A stretch of DNA of 60,868 bases, filler included, from Trichosphaerium sp. ATCC 40318 (Eukaryota > Protista > Tubulinea): NCBI GenBank assembly GCA_038496445.1. It is 3 parts of 3 records of this genome, joined end to end, with 100 filler letters (N's around TTAATTAATTAA, not from the genome) between each part and the next. Parts side by side here need not be neighbours in the genome. Positions count along the whole stretch, not along the records: positions 37,181 to 60,868 come from JALMLS010000117.1; 2 more parts are not named here. One strand, given 5' to 3'. A program made the translations under genes and the position numbers. Every line of letters starts with the position of its first letter. The first letter of the stretch is position 1. A model generated the notes under the pieces. That model was given only the letters and a program-made list of their open reading frames with translations. It ran no database searches and had not been told where the DNA came from. This document shows positions 37,878 to 49,700 of the stretch, piece after piece.

Positions 37878-40150
37878 TTTGTGGCACTGATATGGGGTGC
37901 TACTTGAACGAAGGACCAACCACGCTTATTCTCAATTCTACTGGATTAAATTTTCCTGGCACGTTTCAAGTTATACTTTCCGAAAGTTTAGACATTTATG
38001 GTATGTTGACGCTTTTGAAAGGTTCTGTAACAAATTATTTAGCGTTAAATAAAGGCATAAATGTTTCGTGCTCAATCCAACAGAAGACGGTGAACGGGAA
38101 TAATAACATTTGCATCTCATTATCAGGATTTACGTTTGATGGTTGTAAAATCAGATTGAATGACTTTGCAAATGTCACTGTAGAGTACATTCACATTACA
38201 AGTCTAGTTTATTGATCAATTGACTATTGTGTAGGAATATGGTAGTTACAGGCACAGAGAGTTATATTCAAATATTTGACAGGTACACGTGATTTATTTC
38301 GATTTTGCCACAATTAATGAGAAATAGTCAAAATGTTGCTGTTCGCAATTCACTTTTCCATGAACTGTTCGATGAGAGAGGAAGATTTGCCGAGCCTTTG
38401 GGATTATGGATAGAAACAGTCGAAACAGTTTCTGTGAGTAATTGTCATTTTCAACATAATTTTAAAGGAGGAGTTCTTCTCAATAGAATGACAGGGAGAG
38501 GTAATATTTGATTCCCTTATTTTGTTTGATCATAACTATTTAAACATAGGAATTGTTGCTACATTCAGAGCTGTTGATAGAGTAATTTGTGACTTTGTAT
38601 AATAGGCTAAATATTTACACATGCATTTATTTAGGTTACAATCAACTCTTGCGTGTTCAAGGACAATTACGTACTTGCAAGTGGTTCTGGTATGCAGATA
38701 TCAGTCCTCATATATTCTCATTTGTATATAGCAAACTCTGATTACTATGTCTCAGTACTATACGCAAATTCAATTGATGTACAGATATTGAACTCAACTT
38801 TTATTGATAATACTGTGGAAGAAGAAAGACCAATCAATGACAGATGTACTGGTACACGTGTTCTATCCAAGCGCCATATTAATCACCTGTAATAGTTGGA
38901 TCATTGGTATTGAGTGGTCTAACAAGCAGTGGATCAGCGGTGATAGATTCTTGTGTATTTGAGAATATTACATGCGTGTAACGTTCTGCCTAAATTTAAT
39001 AGTCAACTGAAATAACTGATTCCGACTTCTAGAAAACAAGTACAAAATACTTTAACAACTACAATATCCCCAGCATTGATCGGGTCTTCCATGGACATTA
39101 CAATCAGGTACACTAACTAATATGTTATTTCCAACACAGTAAGAATACTAAATGTCGTGTTTAGAAATACAACAACGTTTGAAAACAGCCTCAACAATAG
39201 TAATGGACAAGCAATTGTATTGTACTAATTTATCAAATAGATACTGGAAGCGTTTTTGATTGTCCTTCAACACCAACAAATCTTACATGTGGCTGCAGCT
39301 ACTCTGATATCACCACACATTTTGCAGATTGTCAAGCTAATGGTATAAATTATTTGTATTTGCTCTCTTACAGTGTTGAATAGTTACTTGCGAAGGCAAA
39401 ACTTTCATTCCTCCAACAATATCACCAACCACAATATCGCCTACAACTGCACCAACATTCGAACCGACAACTGTATCACCTACAGCCGCACCAACAGTTG
39501 GTAGTCTGCCACCTGAAATAGTGTTGTCTAGCCCTTTGATAATAGTTGGTGACTTTGTAAACTCAGAGATAGCAACAATCACTCCAGGAGGCTTTCTTCA
39601 AGTTGAAGGTATGTCTTGTGTCACAAGTTATTTAGCACACGTTTATTGGTTAATCCGATGTTAAGGATGTATTGTGATACCATCAAATACAACGTTCATC
39701 ATTGACTTCACAAATGATAATAACACAACAGGTGTTGGTGAGACAAGAAGAGAAGTAATACGAAGCAACAGCAACTGTATCAATGGTACTTTTACAGTTC
39801 TTTCACCAGAATGTGTATTGGCAAGAATTGAGCGGACTCTTTCATCGTATGCTTTTTATTTTTGCACTGATCTCTAACTTTTGCTAGCATAATTGTGATC
39901 ACATCAAGAGCTGATAGTTGTGATAGCAGAGCATCAGTAAATGTTGGTTTGGTATTAGGTGTCACATTTGGCATTCTTGTGTTCGTATGTGAAGACATTT
40001 CTTTTTCTTGTTTTCGTTTATTTTTCTCAAACTAAATTTGTATGGTAGATTGCTGTAGGTCTGATTATTGCTTTCTTTGTACCTAAGTTGAGACGAGCCA
40101 TTTTCCCTTATACTTTAACAACCAAGGAAGTAGAAATATCTTCTGTTTGA
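37878..40150 (+). pseudogene. Mirror copy of the Gypsy-interrupted TM surface-protein gene
   Basis: Reverse complement of 44481-46753. Confidence 0.7.
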
Positions 40151-40554
40151 AACTAACAGTAAAATACTCATCGTCCCAATCGATTATTGTCCATGCATTC
40201 AAGTTAAGCTAAGTAACTTTTTGCAAGTTTTTGTGAGTTTTTGTCAATTCTAGATCAACGTGTTTAGATTGATACTGTAGAGATTGCAAAGTAATGTGAG
40301 TGTTTGTATTGTCTATTTAGACAATCTGAGGGATTTGACGGATCTGACACTGCTGACAGAACTCGAAAATATCACATTTTAAATGTGAAGCACTGGCATG
40401 TGGTAATTTTTTGCGAACACAACCGTTTTTTCAAACCCACGTAACAAATAAACTACCAATGGAATTTACGAGAAAGTTTGGTAAGTGGCGAAGAGCTCGG
40501 CTGTGGATAGAGCCACCTTGTGGAAACTCCGTTTGAACCTCCAATGAGGTCTCA

Positions 40555-40900
40555 AAAGTACCTCATTTTCCTCCAACAAAAAAAGGCAAAAAACTTAACC
40601 TTTTACTATAGACCTACAGCTCTCCTCAACTCTATGTACAAGATAGAAACTCAAATGATAAACAAACGTCTGACTGAGATAATTAAAAAACATAAAATAA
40701 TGACCAACATACAATACAGTTTCTACCAAGAACGTAACATAACCATGGCCAAAGAACATACCGCCATGTCATTGAAAAGGCCGAAGCAAACAACAAATAT
40801 ATCTTCGCAATTTACATAGATTTCTCCAAGACATAAGACTCAGTCGAATACTGGGTTCTTAATCACGCCCTAAAACAACAAGGTTTTGACACAGAATTTA
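40555..40900 (+). mobile_element. Degraded non-LTR (LINE) reverse transcriptase fragment
   Basis: YRPTALLNSMYKI..INKRL..IQYSF, then FAIYIDFSKT*DSVE in another frame. Confidence 0.75.
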
Positions 40901-42239
40901 GGAAGCATAAGTTTCGTTGCTCCAATACTCAAATCGATAAGTGCTTTTTCAAGTTTAATGCCATCCTAATATTGTTTTTATTCTCGATATTGCTGTCGCG
41001 TTCAATAGGATATAGTCTTGGTACTCGGTGTTTTGTTGTGGAAGTTTTTCAGAAGTGTACTCGTTTGAGATACTAAAGCATTTTGTTAAGCCAATATTAT
41101 AGCGAGAGATATCGCTACGAATATGAGAACCTGTATTGAATCTGGGCTTACAACATTAAGTTACAGTTTCTTTTTAACAAGTAATCTTTTTAATTGTGGT
41201 TCTTCGTAATGAGTGTGACACAATTAGAGTGGTCAGGTAAGGGTCCCAGCTACGCAGGCCACGAAACCTGTAGCCGGTTAACCGACGGCTAAGATACTCA
41301 GCAACAAAAATCTGTAATCTTCTAAACCTATGTTAAAATCATACACTCGTTTGGATAATGCACATTCTGCGTGAGAACAGTTTCAGCAATGTTTTGGTTT
41401 GCAAAACGTGCTACCAAACGATTAATTCTGTTTTGGCTTGTGGAGTTGTTGGTACATTAGGAAAACGAAACTCTCTCCTTTATACGTTTCCTGCGTCCTC
41501 GTTTGTTTATAAGGTAGAGTCACTGTACATTTATGATGTACAGTTTGCAGAAACGCGCTTTAGCTCGGTTTGAGCTTTCTAAAGCTGAGGTAGGCTGTAT
41601 GAGAGGATCCTAAATGAACTCTATATTGACTTTCGCATTTACTGCTATGGCTAGCGGTACTCATAAAATTGTTTGGATCATTCAGTCCAATCTAATTACT
41701 CACTTGATCTTCTGAAATATCGGCAAGATACATCTATTTTTATTTGACAGTAACATGTCTTACTTTGTTCTATCAGGTCTGCCGTTCTCTCAAATACGTT
41801 TGGTATATCGCTGATGCATAAAGTAGCACAATTAACACAATGGGTTAAAAAGCCATTTTGGGTAAACCTGGTACACAACTGCGGGCTCCAAACTGATACC
41901 GATTCGCTAAGAGTAGTGCACAATCCAATATGTGAAAAAACATTGAAAGTGTCATGTGATTGTGAGGTAGGTGACTCATATTTTTATATGCTGTAAGGCA
42001 GAAAGATTATTTGACGTTACATTAAAGTATTGCCTGGCAATACATTTTAATGTAAAAAGTAAAATCTTTTGTCGGCTTGTTACAACTAAAGCATGCGAGG
42101 CTCAACTACTTTTAACATATTTAGAGGTTACATCACTAAAGGTGTACAAACTAGCTATGTTGTGTTCTGTCACCTGATAATGTCTACCTCACATTCAAGC
42201 GGAGTTCTAACAAATGAAATACCCGACTTGAAGACTCAA

Positions 42240-42460
42240 GAAGCTTATACTTTGTAATGCGACAATATTACAGATGAAGGTATGAACTAGTTAACCTTGA
42301 AGAATTACATGTATCACATTATATGCGTATTACGGATGAATGTTTGAAGCATATGAAGTCACTCAAGGTTGTTGAGATTGGTGAGTATTGTAAGATAACA
42401 TGTGAAGGCATTGAGTCTTTGGGTATTACATGTATAGAACGTCCAGTTGAATGGAGGTAG
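42240..42460 (+). pseudogene. 3' fragment of an LRR gene at the palindrome centre
   Basis: ITDEG...LEELHVSHYMRITDECLKHMKSLKVVEIG...RPVEWR*; paralogue of 58558-59005. Confidence 0.75.
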
Positions 42461-43730
42461 ACATTATCACGTGACAGAACACAACATAGCTAGTTTGTTT
42501 TAGTTGATGTAACGAATAAATATGTTAAAAGTAGTTGAGCCTCGCATGCTTTAGTTGTAACAAGAATACCAAAAGATTTTACTTTTATTTTAAAATGTAT
42601 TGCCAGGCAATACTGGGGTTGACGTCAAATAATCTTTCTGCCTTACAGCATATAAAAATATGAGTCACCTACCTCACAATCACATGACACTTTCAATGTT
42701 TTTTCACATATTGGATTGTGCACTACTCTTAGCGAATCGGTGGTGTTTGGAGCCCTTTTTGTGTACCAGGTTTACCCAAAATGGCTTTTTAACCCATTGT
42801 GTTGAATTGTGCTACTATTGCATCAGCAATATACCAAACACCTTTGAGAGAAGGGCAGACCTGATAGAACAAAGTAAGACATGTTACTAAGTCCTATAAA
42901 AATAGATGTAAAGTTGCCGATATTTCAGAAGATCAAGTGAGTAATTAGATTGGACTGAATGATCCAAACAGTTTTATGAGTACCGCTAGCCATAGCAGTA
43001 AATGCGAAAGTCAATATAGAGTTCATTTAGATATCCTCTCATACAGCCTACCTCAGCTTTAGAAAGCTCAAACCGAGCTAAACATCTGCAAACTGTACAT
43101 CATAAATGTACAGGACTCTACCTTATAAACAAACGAGGACGCAGGAAACAAAAGGAGAGAGTTTCGTTTTCCTAATGTACCAACAACTCCACAAGCCAAA
43201 ACAGAATTAATCGTTTGGTAGCACGTTTTGCAAACCAAAACATTGCTGAAACTGTTCTCACGCAGAATGTGCATTATCCAAACGAGTGTATTTTTAACAT
43301 AGGTTTAGAAGATTACAGATTTTTGTTGCTGAGTATCTTAGCCGTCGGTTAACCGGCTACAGGTTTCGTGGCCTGCGTAGCTGGGACCCTTACCTGACCA
43401 CCTCTAATTGTGTCACACTCATTACGAAGAACCACAATTAAAAAGATTACTTGTTAAAAAGAAACTGTAACTTAATGTTGTAAGCCCAGATTCAATACAG
43501 GTTCTCATATTCGTAGCGATATCTCTCGCTATAATATTGGCTTAACAAAATGCTTTAGTATCTCAAACGAGTACACTTCTGAAAAACTTCCACAACAAAA
43601 CACCGAGTACCAAGACTATATCCTATTGAACGCGACAGCAATATCGAGAATAAAAACAATATTAGGATGGCATTAAACTTGAAAAAGCACTTATCGATTT
43701 GAGTATTGGAGCAACGAAACTTATGCTTCC

Positions 43731-44076
43731 TAAATTCTGTGTCAAAACCTTGTTGTTTTAGGGCGTGATTAAGAACCCAGTATTCGACTGAGTCTTATGT
43801 CTTGGAGAAATCTATGTAAATTGCGAAGATATATTTGTTGTTTGCTTCGGCCTTTTCAATGACATGGCGGTATGTTCTTTGGCCATGGTTATGTTACGTT
43901 CTTGGTAGAAACTGTATTGTATGTTGGTCATTATTTTATGTTTTTTAATTATCTCAGTCAGACGTTTGTTTATCATTTGAGTTTCTATCTTGTACATAGA
44001 GTTGAGGAGAGCTGTAGGTCTATAGTAAAAGGTTAAGTTTTTTGCCTTTTTTTGTTGGAGGAAAATGAGGTACTTT
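43731..44076 (-). mobile_element. Degraded LINE RT fragment (right-arm copy)
   Basis: Mirror of 40555-40900. Confidence 0.75.
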
Positions 44077-44480
44077 TGAGACCTCATTGGAGGTTCAAAC
44101 GGAGTTTCCACAAGGTGGCTCTATCCACAGCCGAGCTCTTCGCCACTTACCAAACTTTCTCGTAAATTCCATTGGTAGTTTATTTGTTACGTGGGTTTGA
44201 AAAAACGGTTGTGTTCGCAAAAAATTACCACATGCCAGTGCTTCACATTTAAAATGTGATATTTTCGAGTTCTGTCAGCAGTGTCAGATCCGTCAAATCC
44301 CTCAGATTGTCTAAATAGACAATACAAACACTCACATTACTTTGCAATCTCTACAGTATCAATCTAAACACGTTGATCTAGAATTGACAAAAACTCACAA
44401 AAACTTGCAAAAAGTTACTTAGCTTAACTTGAATGCATGGACAATAATCGATTGGGACGATGAGTATTTTACTGTTAGTT

Positions 44481-46753
44481 TCAAACAGAAGATATTTCTA
44501 CTTCCTTGGTTGTTAAAGTATAAGGGAAAATGGCTCGTCTCAACTTAGGTACAAAGAAAGCAATAATCAGACCTACAGCAATCTACCATACAAATTTAGT
44601 TTGAGAAAAATAAACGAAAACAAGAAAAAGAAATGTCTTCACATACGAACACAAGAATGCCAAATGTGACACCTAATACCAAACCAACATTTACTGATGC
44701 TCTGCTATCACAACTATCAGCTCTTGATGTGATCACAATTATGCTAGCAAAAGTTAGAGATCAGTGCAAAAATAAAAAGCATACGATGAAAGAGTCCGCT
44801 CAATTCTTGCCAATACACATTCTGGTGAAAGAACTGTAAAAGTACCATTGATACAGTTGCTGTTGCTTCGTATTACTTCTCTTCTTGTCTCACCAACACC
44901 TGTTGTGTTATTATCATTTGTGAAGTCAATGATGAACGTTGTATTTGATGGTATCACAATACATCCTTAACATCGGATTAACCAATAAACGTGTGCTAAA
45001 TAACTTGTGACACAAGACATACCTTCAACTTGAAGAAAGCCTCCTGGAGTGATTGTTGCTATCTCTGAGTTTACAAAGTCACCAACTATTATCAAAGGGC
45101 TAGACAACACTATTTCAGGTGGCAGACTACCAACTGTTGGTGCGGCTGTAGGTGATACAGTTGTCGGTTCGAATGTTGGTGCAGTTGTAGGCGATATTGT
45201 GGTTGGTGATATTGTTGGAGGAATGAAAGTTTTGCCTTCGCAAGTAACTATTCAACACTGTAAGAGAGCAAATACAAATAATTTATACCATTAGCTTGAC
45301 AATCTGCAAAATGTGTGGTGATATCAGAGTAGCTGCAGCCACATGTAAGATTTGTTGGTGTTGAAGGACAATCAAAAACGCTTCCAGTATCTATTTGATA
45401 AATTAGTACAATACAATTGCTTGTCCATTACTATTGTTGAGGCTGTTTTCAAACGTTGTTGTATTTCTAAACACGACATTTAGTATTCTTACTGTGTTGG
45501 AAATAACATATTAGTTAGTGTACCTGATTGTAATGTCCATGGAAGACCCGATCAATGCTGGGGATATTGTAGTTGTTAAAGTATTTTGTACTTGTTTTCT
45601 AGAAGTCGGAATCAGTTATTTCAGTTGACTATTAAATTTAGGCAGAACGTTACACGCATGTAATATTCTCAAATACACAAGAATCTATCACCGCTGATCC
45701 ACTGCTTGTTAGACCACTCAATACCAATGATCCAACTATTACAGGTGATTAATATGGCGCTTGGATAGAACACGTGTACCAGTACATCTGTCATTGATTG
45801 GTCTTTCTTCTTCCACAGTATTATCAATAAAAGTTGAGTTCAATATCTGTACATCAATTGAATTTGCGTATAGTACTGAGACATAGTAATCAGAGTTTGC
45901 TATATACAAATGAGAATATATGAGGACTGATATCTGCATACCAGAACCACTTGCAAGTACGTAATTGTCCTTGAACACGCAAGAGTTGATTGTAACCTAA
46001 ATAAATGCATGTGTAAATATTTAGCCTATTATACAAAGTCACAAATTACTCTATCAACAGCTCTGAATGTAGCAACAATTCCTATGTTTAAATAGTTATG
46101 ATCAAACAAAATAAGGGAATCAAATATTACCTCTCCCTGTCATTCTATTGAGAAGAACTCCTCCTTTAAAATTATGTTGAAAATGACAATTACTCACAGA
46201 AACTGTTTCGACTGTTTCTATCCATAATCCCAAAGGCTCGGCAAATCTTCCTCTCTCATCGAACAGTTCATGGAAAAGTGAATTGCGAACAGCAACATTT
46301 TGACTATTTCTCATTAATTGTGGCAAAATCGAAATAAATCACGTGTACCTGTCAAATATTTGAATATAACTCTCTGTGCCTGTAACTACCATATTCCTAC
46401 ACAATAGTCAATTGATCAATAAACTAGACTTGTAATGTGAATGTACTCTACAGTGACATTTGCAAAGTCATTCAATCTGATTTTACAACCATCAAACGTA
46501 AATCCTGATAATGAGATGCAAATGTTATTATTCCCGTTCACCGTCTTCTGTTGGATTGAGCACGAAACATTTATGCCTTTATTTAACGCTAAATAATTTG
46601 TTACAGAACCTTTCAAAAGCGTCAACATACCATAAATGTCTAAACTTTCGGAAAGTATAACTTGAAACGTGCCAGGAAAATTTAATCCAGTAGAATTGAG
46701 AATAAGCGTGGTTGGTCCTTCGTTCAAGTAGCACCCCATATCAGTGCCACAAA
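44481..46753 (-). pseudogene. Single-pass TM surface protein (beta-helix-like repeats, PT stalk), disrupted near its 5' end by the Gypsy; first codons at ~53061-53117
   Basis: V.NCHF.HN and ILNSTFIDN repeats; PPTISPTTISPTTAPT stalk; TM segment VGLVLGVTFGILV..IIAFF followed by PKLRR; uninterrupted paralogue at 60033 onward. Confidence 0.75.
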
Positions 46754-49700
46754 TGTAAAGACTAAAACCGTCACGTGATATCAACTAATTTATTCTGCTC
46801 TAAGTGAGCTCATGTACATTAAGTTACATTATTTACTCCTTACATAACTCCCCTCTTTCTTTAGAGCGTGTCCTCACGTGAGAGTGTTGAACTCCATCAG
46901 TTTTAGATGACTCTTTGGTTCACGTAATTCTATCTTTACTGTTTACTTGACTGAGATATTGGAAACCCTTAGCAACCATTAAACCATAAATATGGAGGTC
47001 AATTTATATCTAGTCTCGTAAACGCCTCTCTCTTTTAAACACTTCTTTCTCTTCTTTTATAATCCTCTGTAACCATTTAATAAAACTCCCATTTGTATTA
47101 CACTTGGACATTTGTGATAATAGCTCCTTCTGCGTGCTACTGCTTCGCATGTAAGGGCTACCTTTATCAATCAAACTTTTCACAATGGATTTGTTATCAT
47201 CTTTAGTTACTATCCTGGCTGATTGCAACACATCTCGCAATAGCTCTAAAAGGATGTCTATCCGATGTTCATATCCTCTTCGTGAGTCCTTCACTGGTTC
47301 TCTACTCTCTTTATCTTCTTGCGTTGCTCTTCTTATCTGTTTTGTCAGCTCTTTCGTGGCTGTAATTTCATCTCCTGACTCTCTTAATACTCTCTCCTCC
47401 TCATCAACGAAGTTCTCACTCCTGTCTTGGTCATGAAATTCTACCTCTCTGCCTTCAAACTTACGCATTACTTCATCTTTGTCCGGAGCCCCTTCCGGTC
47501 TCAAAAATGAGTCAATGTATGGTTTTAGGCGTCTGAAGTTGATAACACGACTCATTCTACTAGCTTCTGGCAGATTGATCAATGCTGTATTAGCACCCAT
47601 CAACTCCAAAATCTCATAGGGACCTCTCCATCGTTTTGCTAGCTTCTGTTTTTGTCCTACTTTCACCTGAGGTACGAATACATACACTAACTGCCCTGGC
47701 TTGAAGTTTACATGACGTGTTCGTTCATTGTAATACTTCGCCTGTTGCTTTTTAGCTTTGAGGATGTGTTCTCTCGCTATTTGGTATGCGTAACGCAATC
47801 TATGTGCTAACACTTCTGCCCAATTACCCATATTGTATTTATCTTCGATCTCAATGATTTCGTTAGATATCATATCTATGGGTAACCTGGGTTCTCTGCC
47901 AAACATCATTGCATATGGAGCATATCCAGTTGCATGGTGGACTGCTGTTCTGTATGCATATAACGCGTATGGTACCCAGTAGTCCCAGTCATTTTGTTTT
48001 TCATTAACAAATGCTCTGAGAATTTCTACTAGAGTGTGATTAAATCGTTCTACCTGTCCATCTGTCTGTGGATGGAAAGCTGCTGTTCTACTACCTTCAA
48101 TTCGTAGTATTTTGAACACTTCTTTCATGAGGTCTCCTGTGAAGTCACCTCCTTGATCTGTCAACACTCTATTTGGTATACCATACCGAAAACAAAACTC
48201 TTTCACAAATATTGGTGCTACGTCTACTGCTTTATGTCTAGGTATTGCATACGCATCTACCCATTTAGTAAAGTGATCTGTGATCACCAGTAGATATTTG
48301 TTGCCTTTACGTGTCTCTGGTAAGGGTCCAACAATATCCATAGCTACCAATTGCATCGGTTCCAGTATCGGAAAATTCACTAGAAAACCTGGTTTTGGTA
48401 ATCGTGATATTTTACCTCTCTGACACGAACGACATGTACGACACCACTCTTTTGTGTCTGAATATACACCTGCCCAATAAAATCGTTGTATTACTTTAGC
48501 ATATGTCTTCACAAATCCTAGATGTCCTGCAAAAGGCAAATCATGACATTGTCGAAGTACGTATGGCTGTAAAGCTTGAGGTACAACTATTTGTAATGGT
48601 GCTTTGTTTCCGAACCCTCCTCGCGATCTATTAACATGGTACAGCACTCCTGTATCCATGTCATATTTTAATCTACGAGCAAAGGTAACAAACACATCTC
48701 TTCTAAAGTTCTTTTGTTTCATGACATATGGAGGGACTTTTCCTTTAGTTAAAAACTGGATGTATGCTGTAAGTTCAGGGTCTTTTGCCTGACACTCCGA
48801 CCAGTTAATATGTTCCGTCTCCTTTTCTTTTTCTAATACATTCAACACATGTTTCACACCATGGTCTACTTCAAATGAGTAGTCTTTATGCCATAATGAC
48901 ACTGCTTCCATTCTTCGTGATGAGTATTGATTAATACTATCATCCGATATAGCATTTAACTCTTCTTGTGCCCACGGAGCTCTTGTCAGTGCATCCGCGT
49001 CTGTATGGGTGACACCCTTTTTATACACTAACACGAAATCAAATTGTTGTATTTTTAACAGCCACCTTGCTAACATAGGTCGAGGATTAGGTAAATCCTG
49101 TAGATATTGTAGCGGTTTGTGATCTGTGTATACAATCAATTTGAATTTAGCAAACGACAGGTATCCTCTAAACTCTTCTAACGCTAACACAATACCCAAC
49201 ATCTCTCTCTCAATGGTAGAATAATTCTTCTGTGGTTTAGAGAATGTCTTGCTGAAATATGCAATGACATGTTCTCTTTTACCATGTCTCTGTACTAACG
49301 TTGCACCAGCTGCTACATTGGAGGCATCTACATGAATTTCAAACGGCTTTGAGAAGTCTGGATGCTTCAAGATAGGTGGTGATGACAACAGGTCTTTGAT
49401 TTTCTCATAAGCCTTTTGTTGTTCTTTACCCCAGTACCACTTGATGTCTTTGTTCCGTAATCGATTGATCGGTTCTACAATCTGTGCGTATTTTGGTACA
49501 AATTTGCGATAATACCCTGTAAGACCTAAGCAGCGAGCTACTTCTTCTTTACTTGTAGGTCTTTTCGCTCTTTGTATTGCATCCGTTATACGAGGATTTG
49601 TAGATATCCCACCAGCGCTCACGATATGGCCCAAAAACTCAACTTGATCTTTAAATAAAACTGATTTCTTCGCCTTCAATTTCATGTTATGTTCCTCCAA

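Larger units (their letters stand above)
37181..47450. repeat. ~10.3 kb palindrome (arms 37181-42239 and 42411-47450, ~170-nt spacer)
   Basis: Mirror coordinates sum to 84631 out to about 41300; identity decays toward the centre. Confidence 0.97.

Noticed and set aside
40480-40550. Possible tRNA-His-like sequence
   Set aside because: No acceptor stem or proper T-arm.
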